Shown here: one piece after another, positions 25,150 to 36,576 of the stretch
Position numbering within the stretch: position 1 is the stretch's first letter
Layout of the letters: each line of letters begins with the position of its first letter
Assembly (NCBI RefSeq): GCF_001194135.2
Contig: NC_068990.1
Coordinates: 35,797,584 to 35,834,159 of the forward strand
Source of the DNA: Octopus bimaculoides
Lineage: Eukaryota
Length of the DNA stretch: 36,576 nucleotides
Reading direction: 5' to 3'
Translations under genes and position numbers: made by a program
Notes under the pieces: model-generated
The model's input: only the letters and a program-made list of their open reading frames with translations
The model's database searches: none
What the model was told of the DNA's origin: nothing

Positions 25150-25330
25150 AGGCGGCGAGCTGTCACAATCGATTGCAAACTGGACAAATACTTAGTGGTA
25201 TTTCGTCCATCTTAACGTTCAGAGATCAAATTACGCCGAGATCGATTTTACCCTTCATCCTCACGAAGTCAATAAAATTAGTATCAGTTGTCGATCTTCT
25301 TAAAAATTGCTAGCTTTTTGCCAAGATGTC
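25150..25330 (+). mobile_element. SINE family B, tandem with the previous copy
   Basis: aggcggcgagctgtcacaatcg...cagagatcaaattacgccgagatcg...cccttcatcctcacgaagtcaataaaattagtatcag. Confidence 0.8.
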
Positions 25331-25344
25331 AGAGCAATATGAAT

Positions 25345-26146
25345 CTATGCTTTTTATTGATGGCGTGGCAATTTTTGAAGATAGTCAATAAGCACAATGT
25401 CCTTTGCATCCCAAAATTTGAGGCGAAACGACCTTCTTTGGAGCAGGTAGGGCATGGATTTTTTCATGGTTTGTCTCTTTGTCTCTGACTCAAGGTGATG
25501 AACCCAGCACCCATCCTGGTTTAGATGACATTCAAGGAAACCAGCTGGATCTGCCTCAAACAATATCAAATTTTTCCCTGATGTGATCAGCCCGGTGCGC
25601 TTTTGATCAGGTGTTCGAAGACATGGCACACATCAAGCAGAAACCTTTGTTATGCTAAATTCATTTCGCAGAATATTCACGGCACTCTCACGGGATATGT
25701 TACTAGCATTAGCTAGTTGATTTATTCAGTTGCCTATCATCCATCACCATGTCATGAACATGATCAATGTTTTCCACGTGATAGCAGTTGCAGACGTCTA
25801 GACTCAGGGTCCTCTTCGAGATTTTCTCTTCTGCTCCTACATTTAGCTTCCCACTTTTGCGTTGTTAATAAAGCCGGAACGTCATCTGCTAATGTAGCTA
25901 CCGTGTCGGCATGAATGTCTTTGGGGGATAAACACTTTTCTACAAGTACTTGATAATAGCACGATGTCCTTTTTTCCCCATTTTCAAGTGAAGTCGTTAC
26001 TAATTACCTTTGGAATATCATAGGTAATTTTACCTGGAAAGAAATAATGCAGCTATTAATAAGAAGGGTTTAAAATTAATGCATGCAAGATTTCACAACT
26101 CTAGCATGAGTTACTCATAGTCAGCCTGTATGCTTTCCAGCTCATA
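25345..26146 (-). mobile_element. Decayed mariner element, same family as 7660-8248
   Basis: Minus translation ...NILRNEFSITKVSA*CVPCLRTPDQKRTGLITSGKNLILFEADPAGFLECHLNQDGCWVHHLESETKRQ...FWDAKDIVLIDYLQK retains the first catalytic D. The 5' UTR (gtgaaatcttgcatgcattaa...cttattaatagctgcattatttctttccaggtaaa) matches 7720-7780. Confidence 0.85.
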
Positions 26147-26192
26147 CTTTTCACACATACATACATACATACATACACACATACATACATAC

Positions 26193-26256
<64 letters not shown>

Positions 26257-26527
26257 TTTAATTTGGAAGTGTTGATTTTGAAACTATAGTCTACATATAA
26301 CCGAGGTATGTATAATTTTCACTGGTCTCGCCCGCCTGTTTTTGCTCCGCTGAATCCTTATTTGAGAATTTTTTAAGTGATCTTCTTCTAGCATATTGAC
26401 AGACCAGTTACTGGTCAATCTTATATACACAAGTATATATATATATATATGTATGTATATATACTTCTCTGTGTAATCATGTATGTATGTATGTAAGTAT
26501 AATTATATCTGTGTTGTTGATGCTCAC

Positions 26528-26644
26528 CTGAAACATTCTGGCTTTAGTAGAGCTATAAATGTACTGAAACTGAATTTGTTCTCTTATTGGTCGTTCTTCG
26601 GTTACAGCATCTCTACGAAATTCTTTAAATCCTTTTCCAGTCAT
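26528..26644 (-). CDS. Candidate first coding exon MTGKGFKEFRRDAVTEERPIREQIQFQYIYSSTKARMFQ
   Basis: ATG directly after an in-frame TAA, 39 open codons (the other two frames are closed), ending at a strong phase-0 donor CAG|GTGAGC. No homology recognised. Confidence 0.25.
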
Positions 26645-27412
26645 TTATTTTACTCCAGTTTACCTCTCAATTTATATACTAATGTCTATGCTACTATGAT
26701 ATTTAATCATAGGTCATTGCATAAATATGTTCTCATTACTCATTATCAACAGTCACTTACCAGCTGCAGTTATCAAATATATTTTTCTTCAACGATATTA
26801 CAGCAGAAACTGTATTACCAATTACTGAGTTATCGACATATTATCCGTTTAGGACTCTATAACTCTTGCAACCTTTATTTTGCGATGTTAGAGAGTAAAT
26901 CTTAAGGATATGTATGCTAATTTTTATTACAACTACGTAGAAAAAAAACATCTGGTACACAATATATATAATGCAACTATTTTCAATGTTACCACAAAAT
27001 TCCAACGATTACCGAACTAACCTGTGATGGGTTTTCCATAGTTTTTGTGCTTTTAATATACATGGATAAACTTTCTAATTTTTTGTGTTGTAGGGATTTC
27101 ATTTTGTTGTTCATGTTGATGTTCTTCTCAAGGTAATTTATCAGAAACGGCACGTATTTTGTAATAGACTATATTTGTCTGCATTTATCTAATTATATTT
27201 ATAAGTGAATATCACAATATACAAGAAATTTAACTGTTCAGTATCTCAGCTGACATTGAGTTTTATCCTTCTTTAAATTATCTCTTCTAATCAGCTGTGT
27301 TTAAATTTTCTCCTCCATACTCAACATTTTCATCGTCGACCACATGAAGTTAACGAGATGATATTAACTAAGATCAGACACTGAATTGCAACATTAATTT
27401 AGATCGCCATAA

Positions 27413-27685
27413 ATGAAACCATTTAAAAATACGTCTTTGTGTGTGTATTCATTCAAATACGCATGTGTATGTTTGACTAAAGGAGAATTTGTAATATGTG
27501 GCATTATTTTATCGATGAAATTCTTCAACATGGGGACTGTGGGTGAGGATGAAGAAGACTCCATCGAAATTACTGAATTATTCCCTTCAGTTCACAAAGA
27601 ATTGACAGAATACTTTAATTTTCTCCATGAAAAACCCGAAGCAATGAGATTGAGAAAATACCCCCAAAACGGAATAAAGCAATAA
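27413..27685 (+). CDS. Unidentified ORF with acidic segment MGTVGEDEEDSIEITELFPSVHKELTEYFNFLHEKPE
   Basis: Non-repetitive, protein-like composition from the ATG at 27530 (context caacATGG). No family recognised. Confidence 0.2.
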   Translation: MKPFKNTSLCVYSFKYACVCLTKGEFVICGIILSMKFFNMGTVGEDEEDSIEITELFPSVHKELTEYFNFLHEKPEAMRLRKYPQNGIKQ

Positions 27686-28047
27686 GATAAATTAATATCA
27701 TGATTTACTTCAGCTCCTATCTTAATTTTCAGTTAAAATTTTTTGTTCCAAATAAGTCCGTTTATATTATTCATATCAAAATCAATTATTGCGTAGATTG
27801 ATTAAACAGATTGTTTTCAGAATCCCAGAATTGGTTTCAGATGCATACAAATAGATATCAAGATTTTGGAAAAAATATCCCTTATTGTGTTATGTATTCT
27901 ATATAGCATACCGTTTATTTTTGATAATTATTTTCATTTTTTAGTAAACTATATGTGGAGAAAGATTTATCACGATGGATAAATATATCGTTCCTGGTCT
28001 CTCTCTTTCGCTCTGTCTGTCTCTCTTTCTCTCTCGCTCTTTCTCTA

Positions 28048-28082
<35 letters not shown>

Positions 28083-28085
28083 TTT

Positions 28086-28160
<75 letters not shown>

Positions 28161-28986
28161 ATATAAAGAAAGAGAGAGTGAGACAGAGCTACTCACATAC
28201 ATATATGTGTGTATGTGGTTTCTGTGCGGTGTGCATGAGTGTGTGTATGTATATATGTGTAAATCTGTATGTGTGCGCGTTCGTTTATGTTTATGTGTGT
28301 CTATATATACACATGTGTGTGTCTTTCATACTAAAGCTAGAAAGTAAGTTAAATTTTACCCATTTTTTCCTATGGGTGTTATAGCTAAATATTTTTCATT
28401 CGCTGGTTTCTGATAGACTTTTCTTGTCAATAATATCACAAGAAATGTCTTGCCAGTCCCCTTGAATATCATTCAACTTCACCCAAATATTATCTGTTGC
28501 TGCATTAACAATATGACAACTCAACATAGCCTTTTGTCTTTCACGAAATAGCCCTAGAGACACATAAATTCAACAGCGTGAATGTAACTAATTCCATTTC
28601 ATTCTATCTACACACCGAAAATTTTCCTAGTGTCCCGAGCTAAAACAATATCCGTATATAATAAAAGAAACAATTCTACATAGTTAATATGAAATATATT
28701 TGAAGGAAATGATGTAGATCATATGCAAATTTTTAAAAATATTACCACCTACCTCTCGCAGTACGTGTGGAAATTGAATGAGAATGCAGTTGCTACTTGG
28801 TTCACATTTGAGACTGCAAAACTCTATACTTATAATACGACGGATGAAGTCTATGCTTAGCTGAGAAATTTAATGCTGATGTAAGACTTCAAAGTGCCAA
28901 AGAACAAATTAGAAAGATTACTAAATCAACACACATGAATAATTATTTATTATTTAACAAGTAAGCATGCAACTACCTGTATAGTC

Positions 28987-29192
28987 CATTGTCTTGTGTT
29001 TACAATATCATTGTCTTGTGTTTACATGTCTTGTGTTTACTCAACGATCTCTTAGTTATAAACCTGTTTACGATATATGAAACTCGAATCTCTTCGACTG
29101 TTATAATACCTAGAAGAAAGAGACAATAGCCATTGTCATGCAACACAAGCTTATCACGCATGTATTTGACAATATATTGCCTTGTGTTTACA
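28987..29192 (+). repeat. Short tandem repeat (cattgtcttgtgtttacaatat-like) interrupted by a 130-bp insert
   Basis: Units at 28987-29008, 29009-29026 and 29027-29040, resuming at 29169-29192. Confidence 0.85.
29038..29167 (+). repeat. 130-bp direct duplication of 30289-30418
   Basis: Manual alignment gives 5 substitutions in 130 nt, no indels, offset 1251. Confidence 0.95.
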
Positions 29193-29506
29193 GTAATTTA
29201 TTTCAAAGAGCATCCACATAATACGTAAAATTCACTCCTAAGTTAAAACAGAAAAAAGACGACATTGCATTGCACTCAAGGTTTGGTCCCTCGAGGTTTA
29301 AATTGGTGCCGGGCTGAATACCGATAAATAAGAACGATGTTGCTTGTGTACCACAAACCTAATGAATTCAGTTTTATTTGTTATCCCTGAAAGAAATACA
29401 AGACCACAATGTAATATTTCATCAGTTTTAGACGAACAAAGTTGTTTTCTACATGTATTGAGTGCCTTTTCTCTCACCTTGACACACACACATGCGCGCA
29501 TGCGCG

Positions 29507-29552
<46 letters not shown>

Positions 29553-31244
29553 TACTTATGGTCATAGAGACAGATGATCGATTTTCGTATAATCTTTGCA
29601 GTGATCTCTGTGCATTGAGGACGTAACAGAAGTATGTGAGTACCGCAAATGTTATAGGTACTTTACGTCTTAGAGTAGTGTGTAAATGAATGTAAATAAC
29701 ATATAATAGCATTCGCATATCATCTTGGACTTATATTTTAGTTCACTCAACACTTACACACACTCTCACTCCAATATTTGCTATATATAGTTTTGAAATT
29801 TGTAACATGTGGTTTTTCATTATACACATTACCTGTTCGAGTCCCTTATTTATTTGAGTATTGTGAGCTAACGAAATATTTTATAATGATCTCATCAAAC
29901 GAGGAAGGACAACACCCATGACCCATTTCAGGGTTATCTTAACAGATGGATAGAAGGGAAGATGTCATTCTCATAGAATGTACCTGAACCAAATGAATGC
30001 AATAGCGTGAACTTCGCTAAAAAGCACAAGAACTAATTATTGATGTTATAATGGGCTTCGATTTAATGCAAGAACAGAATCAATTATTGCGATAACCTTC
30101 CACACAATTTCCTTTTTTCAAATGCCACTCACAAGATTATGACAAACACGAAGTTACAATAGTAAACATTTGCCCAAAGTAACACAGAATGGGATTCAAC
30201 AAGAAGTCATGTTGTCAAAGTGACTATTTTTAAATATGTAGAAAGATGCAAAAGAAAAAGGACTCAGGCGAAACATCGAATAGTAGTCTACTCAATGATC
30301 TCTCAGTTATAAACCTGTTTACGATATATGAAACTAGAATCTCTTCGACTGTTATAATACCTAGAAGAAAGAGACAATAGCCATTGTCATGCAACACAAG
30401 TTTATCATGCATGTATTTATTGTTTTGTATCATCTCAATGTAAAGCATCTTATGTGGATAGTAGCAACTGCCATTCAGTTTTCAGACTTATTGGGAAAGC
30501 GGTAGGAGGTTAACTCTGAATCCGAAAGAATGGTTCTTAATTAATATGACGTTAGTTCTGTACAGTCGTCTTTGAAATCATATACAGTTATTTTATTTCA
30601 ATGCACTGGAAAACCTTTCATTGAGGCTGCATTTTAATTGGCATGGTACACAAATGTTTCACATTATCGCCTGGTTATCGGGTTTTACAGTGCTGCCAGG
30701 GTCCACAAGTAGTGAACTATTGTCATCTTACACGAATGTATCACAATCAAGTCAGAGCAAAAGGAATCATTGCAATATTGTGGTAGTGCATGCGTGTATC
30801 ATACAGTTGCCATGTCACGCAATTTTATCACAAGTGATACGTTACAGGAGTAACAGAGTGTAGGCTACAGTACATATTGTACGACTATGCTGCCGTACTG
30901 CAATGCTACTATGCTGCCAAGATACTGACATGTATCCCATTTAATTAATAGTTCCTCATCGCGTTACATCTCATGAAATACACTGCTCTTATTTGTTTCT
31001 AGATAATTTGTCAAGGTAGATTCACATCAGTCCTTCGTGGATTAACTAAATATAGGTCAGTCATGTACTAAATATGGCTTTGGACATACTTTTGAAAGCA
31101 ATATTTTCAAAGTCAGTTATACAATAAGCATTTTATAATTGTATTAATATATAGCCTTCTATTTTTAACTTTTCTATGTTAATATTTTTGTTTATACACC
31201 CGCAACCTCAACCTTTGTCCGGCCGTCCATCTAGCACCTGCATG

Positions 31245-31435
31245 TAGTGGATTGGCATAATCCATAAAGTGTCGGACTAATTACCGGTACATTTTCTAAA
31301 GCCACGAACGTTCTGAATTCAAATACCACCGAGATCATTTTTATATTTTCTGGAATCCATGAAACACTATTCAAGTATTGTGATTAATTTTAGGTACTAT
31401 TATCCTCGTCTAAAATATGCGGCCTTGAGTTAATG
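31245..31435 (+). mobile_element. Diverged family B SINE remnant
   Basis: ttggcataatcc...aacgttctgaattcaaataccaccgagatc matches the head and B box. Confidence 0.5.
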
Positions 31436-31659
31436 TTATGTATTATTTTGTAATCGCTCGACCAGTTGTTCAAAATATCTGCAGCAAAATTTGTTGCAGT
31501 ATTAGCAGCTAACAGTCTTCATCTTGGAAGTAGCCTATTGGAGGATGTTCCGTGGGCGTCTTTCGAATTCCATGGTCAATAACGTGATAGAGTGACGCCG
31601 ATAATGGAACGGGGTACGTGAGTTTTTCGATAAAAATGGAAGTTGGGATCAATATATTA

Positions 31660-31770
31660 GGACGACGATGACGACGAAGACGACAACGACAATGGCGACA
31701 ACGATGATGACAGCGACAAGGACAGAGGTGGCGGCGGCGGTGGCGGCGACAACGATGCTGATGACGAAAA
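31660..31770. repeat. Degenerate GAC/GAT/GGC trinucleotide array
   Basis: Direct reading. Confidence 0.85.
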
Positions 31771-32477
31771 CGATGAGTGAATGGCATTATGAAATTCAGT
31801 AATGTAATAACGTTACGCACTCCTGTCTCCCATCATCTCACTCTTTCTCCCTTTCGATGCGTTTGTGGTGAGTTTGCGTAATGTGTCTGTGCGTTCTTGT
31901 GTGTGTGTGAGAGAGAGAGAGACAGAGGGAGAGAGTGTGTGTATGTGTGTGTTGTTGTTGTTGTTGTTGTATGTATAGTTTCTGTTCTGTTTTTTATCTG
32001 GAATATTTTTGTAGTTGCTTTCGTATTGATGATGATCATAGTATTGTTGTTTCATCTCTCGAACTTGTGGCAAATGCAAAAAAAAAAAAAAGAAATTCAT
32101 ATCGCTGTTTCGTGCTAACTATACTACCAAGAATAATATAAACCGTGTGTGGACTATGCGTGTTACAGCATACGGTAGAAACAAAATGATGTGAGGTGAA
32201 AGAATTAACTGTGTTAGGTTCAATAGCTCTTGCAATGCAGCTTATAGAAAAGCCGAGCTGCCTACTGTTAGAGTTTTGTTAGCAGCAAAAACATTTTACA
32301 TTCAAATCAACCTTTTTTTTATTGTTATTGTTATTGTTGCTGTTATTGTTGCTATTTTTAATGGTTGTTTGGTTTGTTTCATTATTTGTTTGTCATTTAT
32401 TTTAATAACTAAGAGGAACTGTTGAAAGAACGCGATCATGCGCATCTGATACACACATCTCATACAAACGCTCGTAT

Positions 32478-32518
<41 letters not shown>

Positions 32519-32606
32519 AAGAGAGAGAAAGAGAGAGGGAGGACATATCGTGGCACATATAAATATAATCACGCATAACGATATTAACTTACATATATAT
32601 ACATAA

Positions 32607-32637
<31 letters not shown>

Positions 32638-33040
32638 CTTAATACATATATCCGTGTGTGTGTGTGTGTGTATGTGGAGACAAACAAACGGAAAAGCACG
32701 TACGCAAACACACATACACATACGGATACACAGTGACTTACAGATAAAAAGACATAAGGAGATAATCATAAATACATACTAAGCTTCATATAGATAGAGA
32801 TTCATACATATAGATTTGCACACATAGGCCACCACACATAGAGACACAAACAAACGGCACACACGCACATATACATACGTTCACACATAAATACAGAGAT
32901 ACACCTAGAGATAAAATGAGGAAAGAGGAAGGGAAAAAATAGGAAAAGAGAACGACTCTATTGAGATGTTAGATTGGTAACATTAATGGAGAGTTGCGCT
33001 GTATTGTGTTCTTTCGTTTTGGTTATTTCGTAATTGTCAG

Positions 33041-33300
33041 TGATGATGACGATGATGATGACGACGACGACGACGACGATGATGATGATGCACCCTGGAT
33101 ATGCGTATTATTACTCAACGACTATAATTGCATTATAGCAAAACGGTCGTAGCGATGGTAATGTTGAAGACGAAGGCAACTATAATGGCTCCGATGATGT
33201 CTATAGTAGCAAGGACGACGACCATATCGATGATTATCATGATGTCGTCGAAGAGGACAGCGACGACGAAATCAATGATGACGGGTGTGCTGGTGGCCAT
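33041..33300. repeat. Degenerate GAT/GAC trinucleotide arrays
   Basis: Direct reading. Confidence 0.8.
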
Positions 33301-33712
33301 GCTGAACGCCTTGGTCACGATTTATATATATATAATCTTTTTTTCATTTTTCAATAAGCTGTTATGTCTGTAAGCCTAACTGTTCATATTAACCTTTCTG
33401 TTGCTTTCACTAACAGTTTCCTCCTTTACTATACATTTGTGTAATATATATTTGCGTGAATGAATATATGCCCGCGTTTGTATGTATCTGCCTACGGAAT
33501 GTGACACTGACTACAGGTTGTGTTCATAGGTAACATAGCTTTTCCTCTAACTGCCATCGTTTTTATAGGTAGCTTCTGCAGTTTTAAGTTCATATTCTGA
33601 AGTACAATTACATATTTGACTACATTATCCACTGTTTTTCGATAGTTTTTCAGACGATAGGGAGTGATGAAGGGAAATTCTTTTGCTATTTCTAGACTAG
33701 TTGTGCTTCGTC

Positions 33713-34200
33713 TCTTTTACTCATTTACTCTTTTACTTGTTTCAGTCATTTGACTGCGGCCATGCTGGAGCACCGCCTTCAGTCGAGCAAATCTACCCCA
33801 GGACTTATTCTTTGTAAGCCTAGTACTTATTCAATCGTTCTCTTTCTGCCGAACCGCTAAGTTACGGGGACGTAAACACACCATCATCGGTTGTCAAGCG
33901 ATGGTGGGAGGACAAACACAGACAAACAAACACAGATACATATAAATATATATATAAATATATATATACATATAAATATATATATACATATATATAAATA
34001 TATATATACATATAAATATATATAAATACATATATATGACGGGCTTCTTTCAGTTTCCGTCTACCAAATCCACTCACAAGGCTTTGGTCGGCCCGAAGTT
34101 ATAGTAGAAGACACTTGTCCAAGGTGCTACGCAGTGGGACTGAACCCGGAACCATGTTGTTGGTAAGCAAGCTACTTACCACACAGGCACTCTTACGTCT
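33713..34200 (-). mobile_element. Full-length tRNA-derived SINE, family A
   Basis: A-box-like TGCCTGTGTGG (plus 34179-34189), B box GGTTCAGTCCC (plus 34136-34146), body, internal (TA)-rich tract, 3' module and (AGTAAAAG)-type tail. Confidence 0.92.
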
Positions 34201-34364
34201 ATTTACTTTTAGTATATAAAATGAAGATTTTGTGACTTTTTTCCTTAATGTGCAAGATCCATGTGAACATTCCACAGTTAAGAGTACCAACTGGAAACAA
34301 AATTCAGTTGATTCCTTTCTTTACCTTTAAAATGGTTTGGTCAGGATATAGTGGCTTTGGCTTT

Positions 34365-34620
34365 GGCATTTCCAGATCCTCAGACACTGGCGAGATTGGT
34401 GCAGTTAAAAGCCCTCTTGAATAGATAAAAGTTGGTGGCAAAATATATAACATGAAATGGGCAGATTCCAGATATTCAAAGTTCGGGAAGAACGAATAAG
34501 ACCACTAATTAAATGAGCGTTGGACACAATATGCTTTGGAATGTTGATGGTTGAGTGTGTAGATGAAAGTAGTTGATACATCATGTAGCCCCGGCGACGT
34601 CCGTGTAGTTGTAGTAGAAT
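34365..34620 (-). mobile_element. Possible decayed LINE ORF2 C-terminal/3' end
   Basis: Minus translation ...STHSTINIPKH...SSRTLNIWNLP loosely resembles the HPxxVxIP...FFPRTxxxWNxLP C-terminal motif of L2/Jockey/I-group LINEs. Confidence 0.4.
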
Positions 34621-34698
34621 AGGCAGAATGGGAGACAGAGAGAACTTTTATGGACAACGGTCTCCTTATTTCTCCAGATCATATTCTATATGTGTGTT

Positions 34699-34775
<77 letters not shown>

Positions 34776-35806
34776 TCGTAGCCCAGCATAACTGCAGTAT
34801 ATATTGTGGAGGCATTAAATGACCTATATATATTTTTTTTTTTTAATCTGAAACTGAAGATTCTTTCAATTGCTATTCTGAGTTTAACGTCATGATATAT
34901 ATTACCGAATGTAACACAGGTAGGCTGCCGTAAATAAATAAACTCCACCATTTTTTTTTTTGATATACCGCTTTTTCGTATTTCTAAATTCGAACACGTA
35001 CATATGTGATATGCATGCAGATCGTCAATTGAGTTACTACATAGTTATCTAGGCGCCTATGTACGTATCTGTGTCAGAAAGGCCAGTACAAAATGTTTCG
35101 TTTCAAGGAAATGCTCCTTCCGATTTTGATAGAGATTAATTTAGATACAAACTTTAAAGAAACGGAAGAAAGGCATATCAAACTTTATACGAAATAGCTC
35201 TCGCCACACACTCGACATTTCTGACATATATTCATCAAAAGTTTAACAGTCAATCGGCTTTTGAAAAGATAACGCCATCCAACTAGCCTTATCTCCACAA
35301 ACTGGATACCACAACGAAATATAGGATTTACAAGTAATTGAAAAAGCAATCAATTATTGATAATATCGGAGCAAGTTCTATTTAAAACGTTATTTTGTAC
35401 TTGATTTAATTCTTGTTTTCTTTTACATTTTATGTTTCTATTAGCATGAAGATGAAACAAAATGTATAAATGCACATATTTGACATTTGCTCAATTTTAT
35501 ATTATTGATGGATCATGTTAAACCGGTTAGTGATACAGAGACTGTGAAGAAATGTGAAGGACAGGTGTGGGAAATCGTTTAGCTACTGAGTCAGGTAAAC
35601 ATTCATGCATTGTATTTATGTGCTGTAATCTATAATACTTTATAAAGGTTTACAAACACTGCATATATACGTACACACACTGCGCATGCGCGCACACACA
35701 CACAAACACACACACACATACACACTCTCAGACAATAATACAACAGATAAATTTCAAATGCCCAAAGTATATATACTTGTATTCATCTAAAGAGAATATA
35801 TATACA

Positions 35807-35850
<44 letters not shown>

Positions 35851-36480
35851 TGTGTGTCTGTGTGTGTGTTAAATGGAACTGCAACAATAACATTTTTTAA
35901 TATTTTTATTTTTATTTCTACTTTCATTCTTTTATTTCCCTCTACACTCCGTATTTCCTTCCTTTTCCAAAATAACCCCTAATATTGAACTCTAATATTT
36001 CCCTCTATTTAACCATCTCACATCGCCTCTGATGCAGAGATATCACTAATATCTCAGAGAGCTGTAAGACTAACTCTCTTAATAATTGTGTTGAAAATTC
36101 CACACAGTCTTGGCATTGTTGTCTCATTTTATTTAACATAAAGATGGAAAGTTGTGAACTTTTTCATGTCGAAGTACGATAAACTGGAAGAAGTGGTTTA
36201 TATCTCACGGTAGGCGACCAGAGTTACCGGCTATGCGAATAAGAATACAAGAGTTAAGGAATGGGGTAGCTAAGATCCTACATATGTTTCATAGCGAGGG
36301 GAACCTCGGAAGTGGTAAATATCCAAGCGAGGTGTATACCGCAGGCTACTCATCAGGCCAAGGGTATCTTGATTGAATGAAAGTCTCAATAAACCACTAT
36401 TATGCATGGAAGTTGTTTTTTTATATCTACTACGGATTGCCTGATGCTAAGTTTCTTCCTACATCTCGATCATTGGATGT

Positions 36481-36482
36481 TA

Positions 36483-36576
<94 letters not shown>
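36481..36576. repeat. (TATC)n-(TC)n-(TA)n compound microsatellite
   Basis: Direct reading. Confidence 0.95.

Noticed and set aside
26483-26905. 140-aa plus-strand ORF
   Set aside because: It starts in a (TATG) tract and is Y/S/F/L-rich as expected from AT-rich antisense sequence; the minus strand has the better exon signals.
30621-30863. 80-aa ORF in unique sequence
   Set aside because: No motif or consistent splice structure.
31509-31820. Arg/His-rich ORF and poly-Asp/Gly frame
   Set aside because: Products of a degenerate trinucleotide array. The flanking unique part has stops in all plus frames between plausible splice sites.
34100-34200. Possible tRNA gene (A and B boxes)
   Set aside because: It is the tRNA-derived head of a SINE; no complete cloverleaf or acceptor stem was evident.
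36330-36360. Minus-strand CTGATGA
   Set aside because: No downstream GAAA core or stem III.

Overview
AT-rich eukaryotic genomic DNA from a draft assembly, with seven N-gaps that mostly open at (TA)n or (CA)n tracts. The SINE and mariner families and the very dense microsatellites point to a coleoid cephalopod, most likely Octopus; this is an inference from remembered repeat consensus sequences, not a database result. No host protein-coding gene could be identified with confidence, so the window looks intronic or intergenic. Most ORFs in the supplied track are artefacts of microsatellites or gaps. Supported content: two decayed irritans-type mariner copies in inverted orientation, a decayed R4/Dong-like LINE reverse-transcriptase fragment, many copies of two tRNA-derived SINE families, and simple repeats. 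The most interesting signals are: (1) a near-canonical minimal type I hammerhead ribozyme on the minus strand at 11002-11047, followed by AATAAA and a (TA)n tail like a Penelope-type repeat end, plus a second degenerate hammerhead-like core at 7087-7123; (2) a SINE whose 5' half is inverted with twin-priming geometry (8266-8606); (3) a 130-bp templated insertion into a short tandem repeat, apparently copied from 1.25 kb downstream; (4) a few unexplained coding-looking segments (208-609, 26528-26644, 27413-27685).
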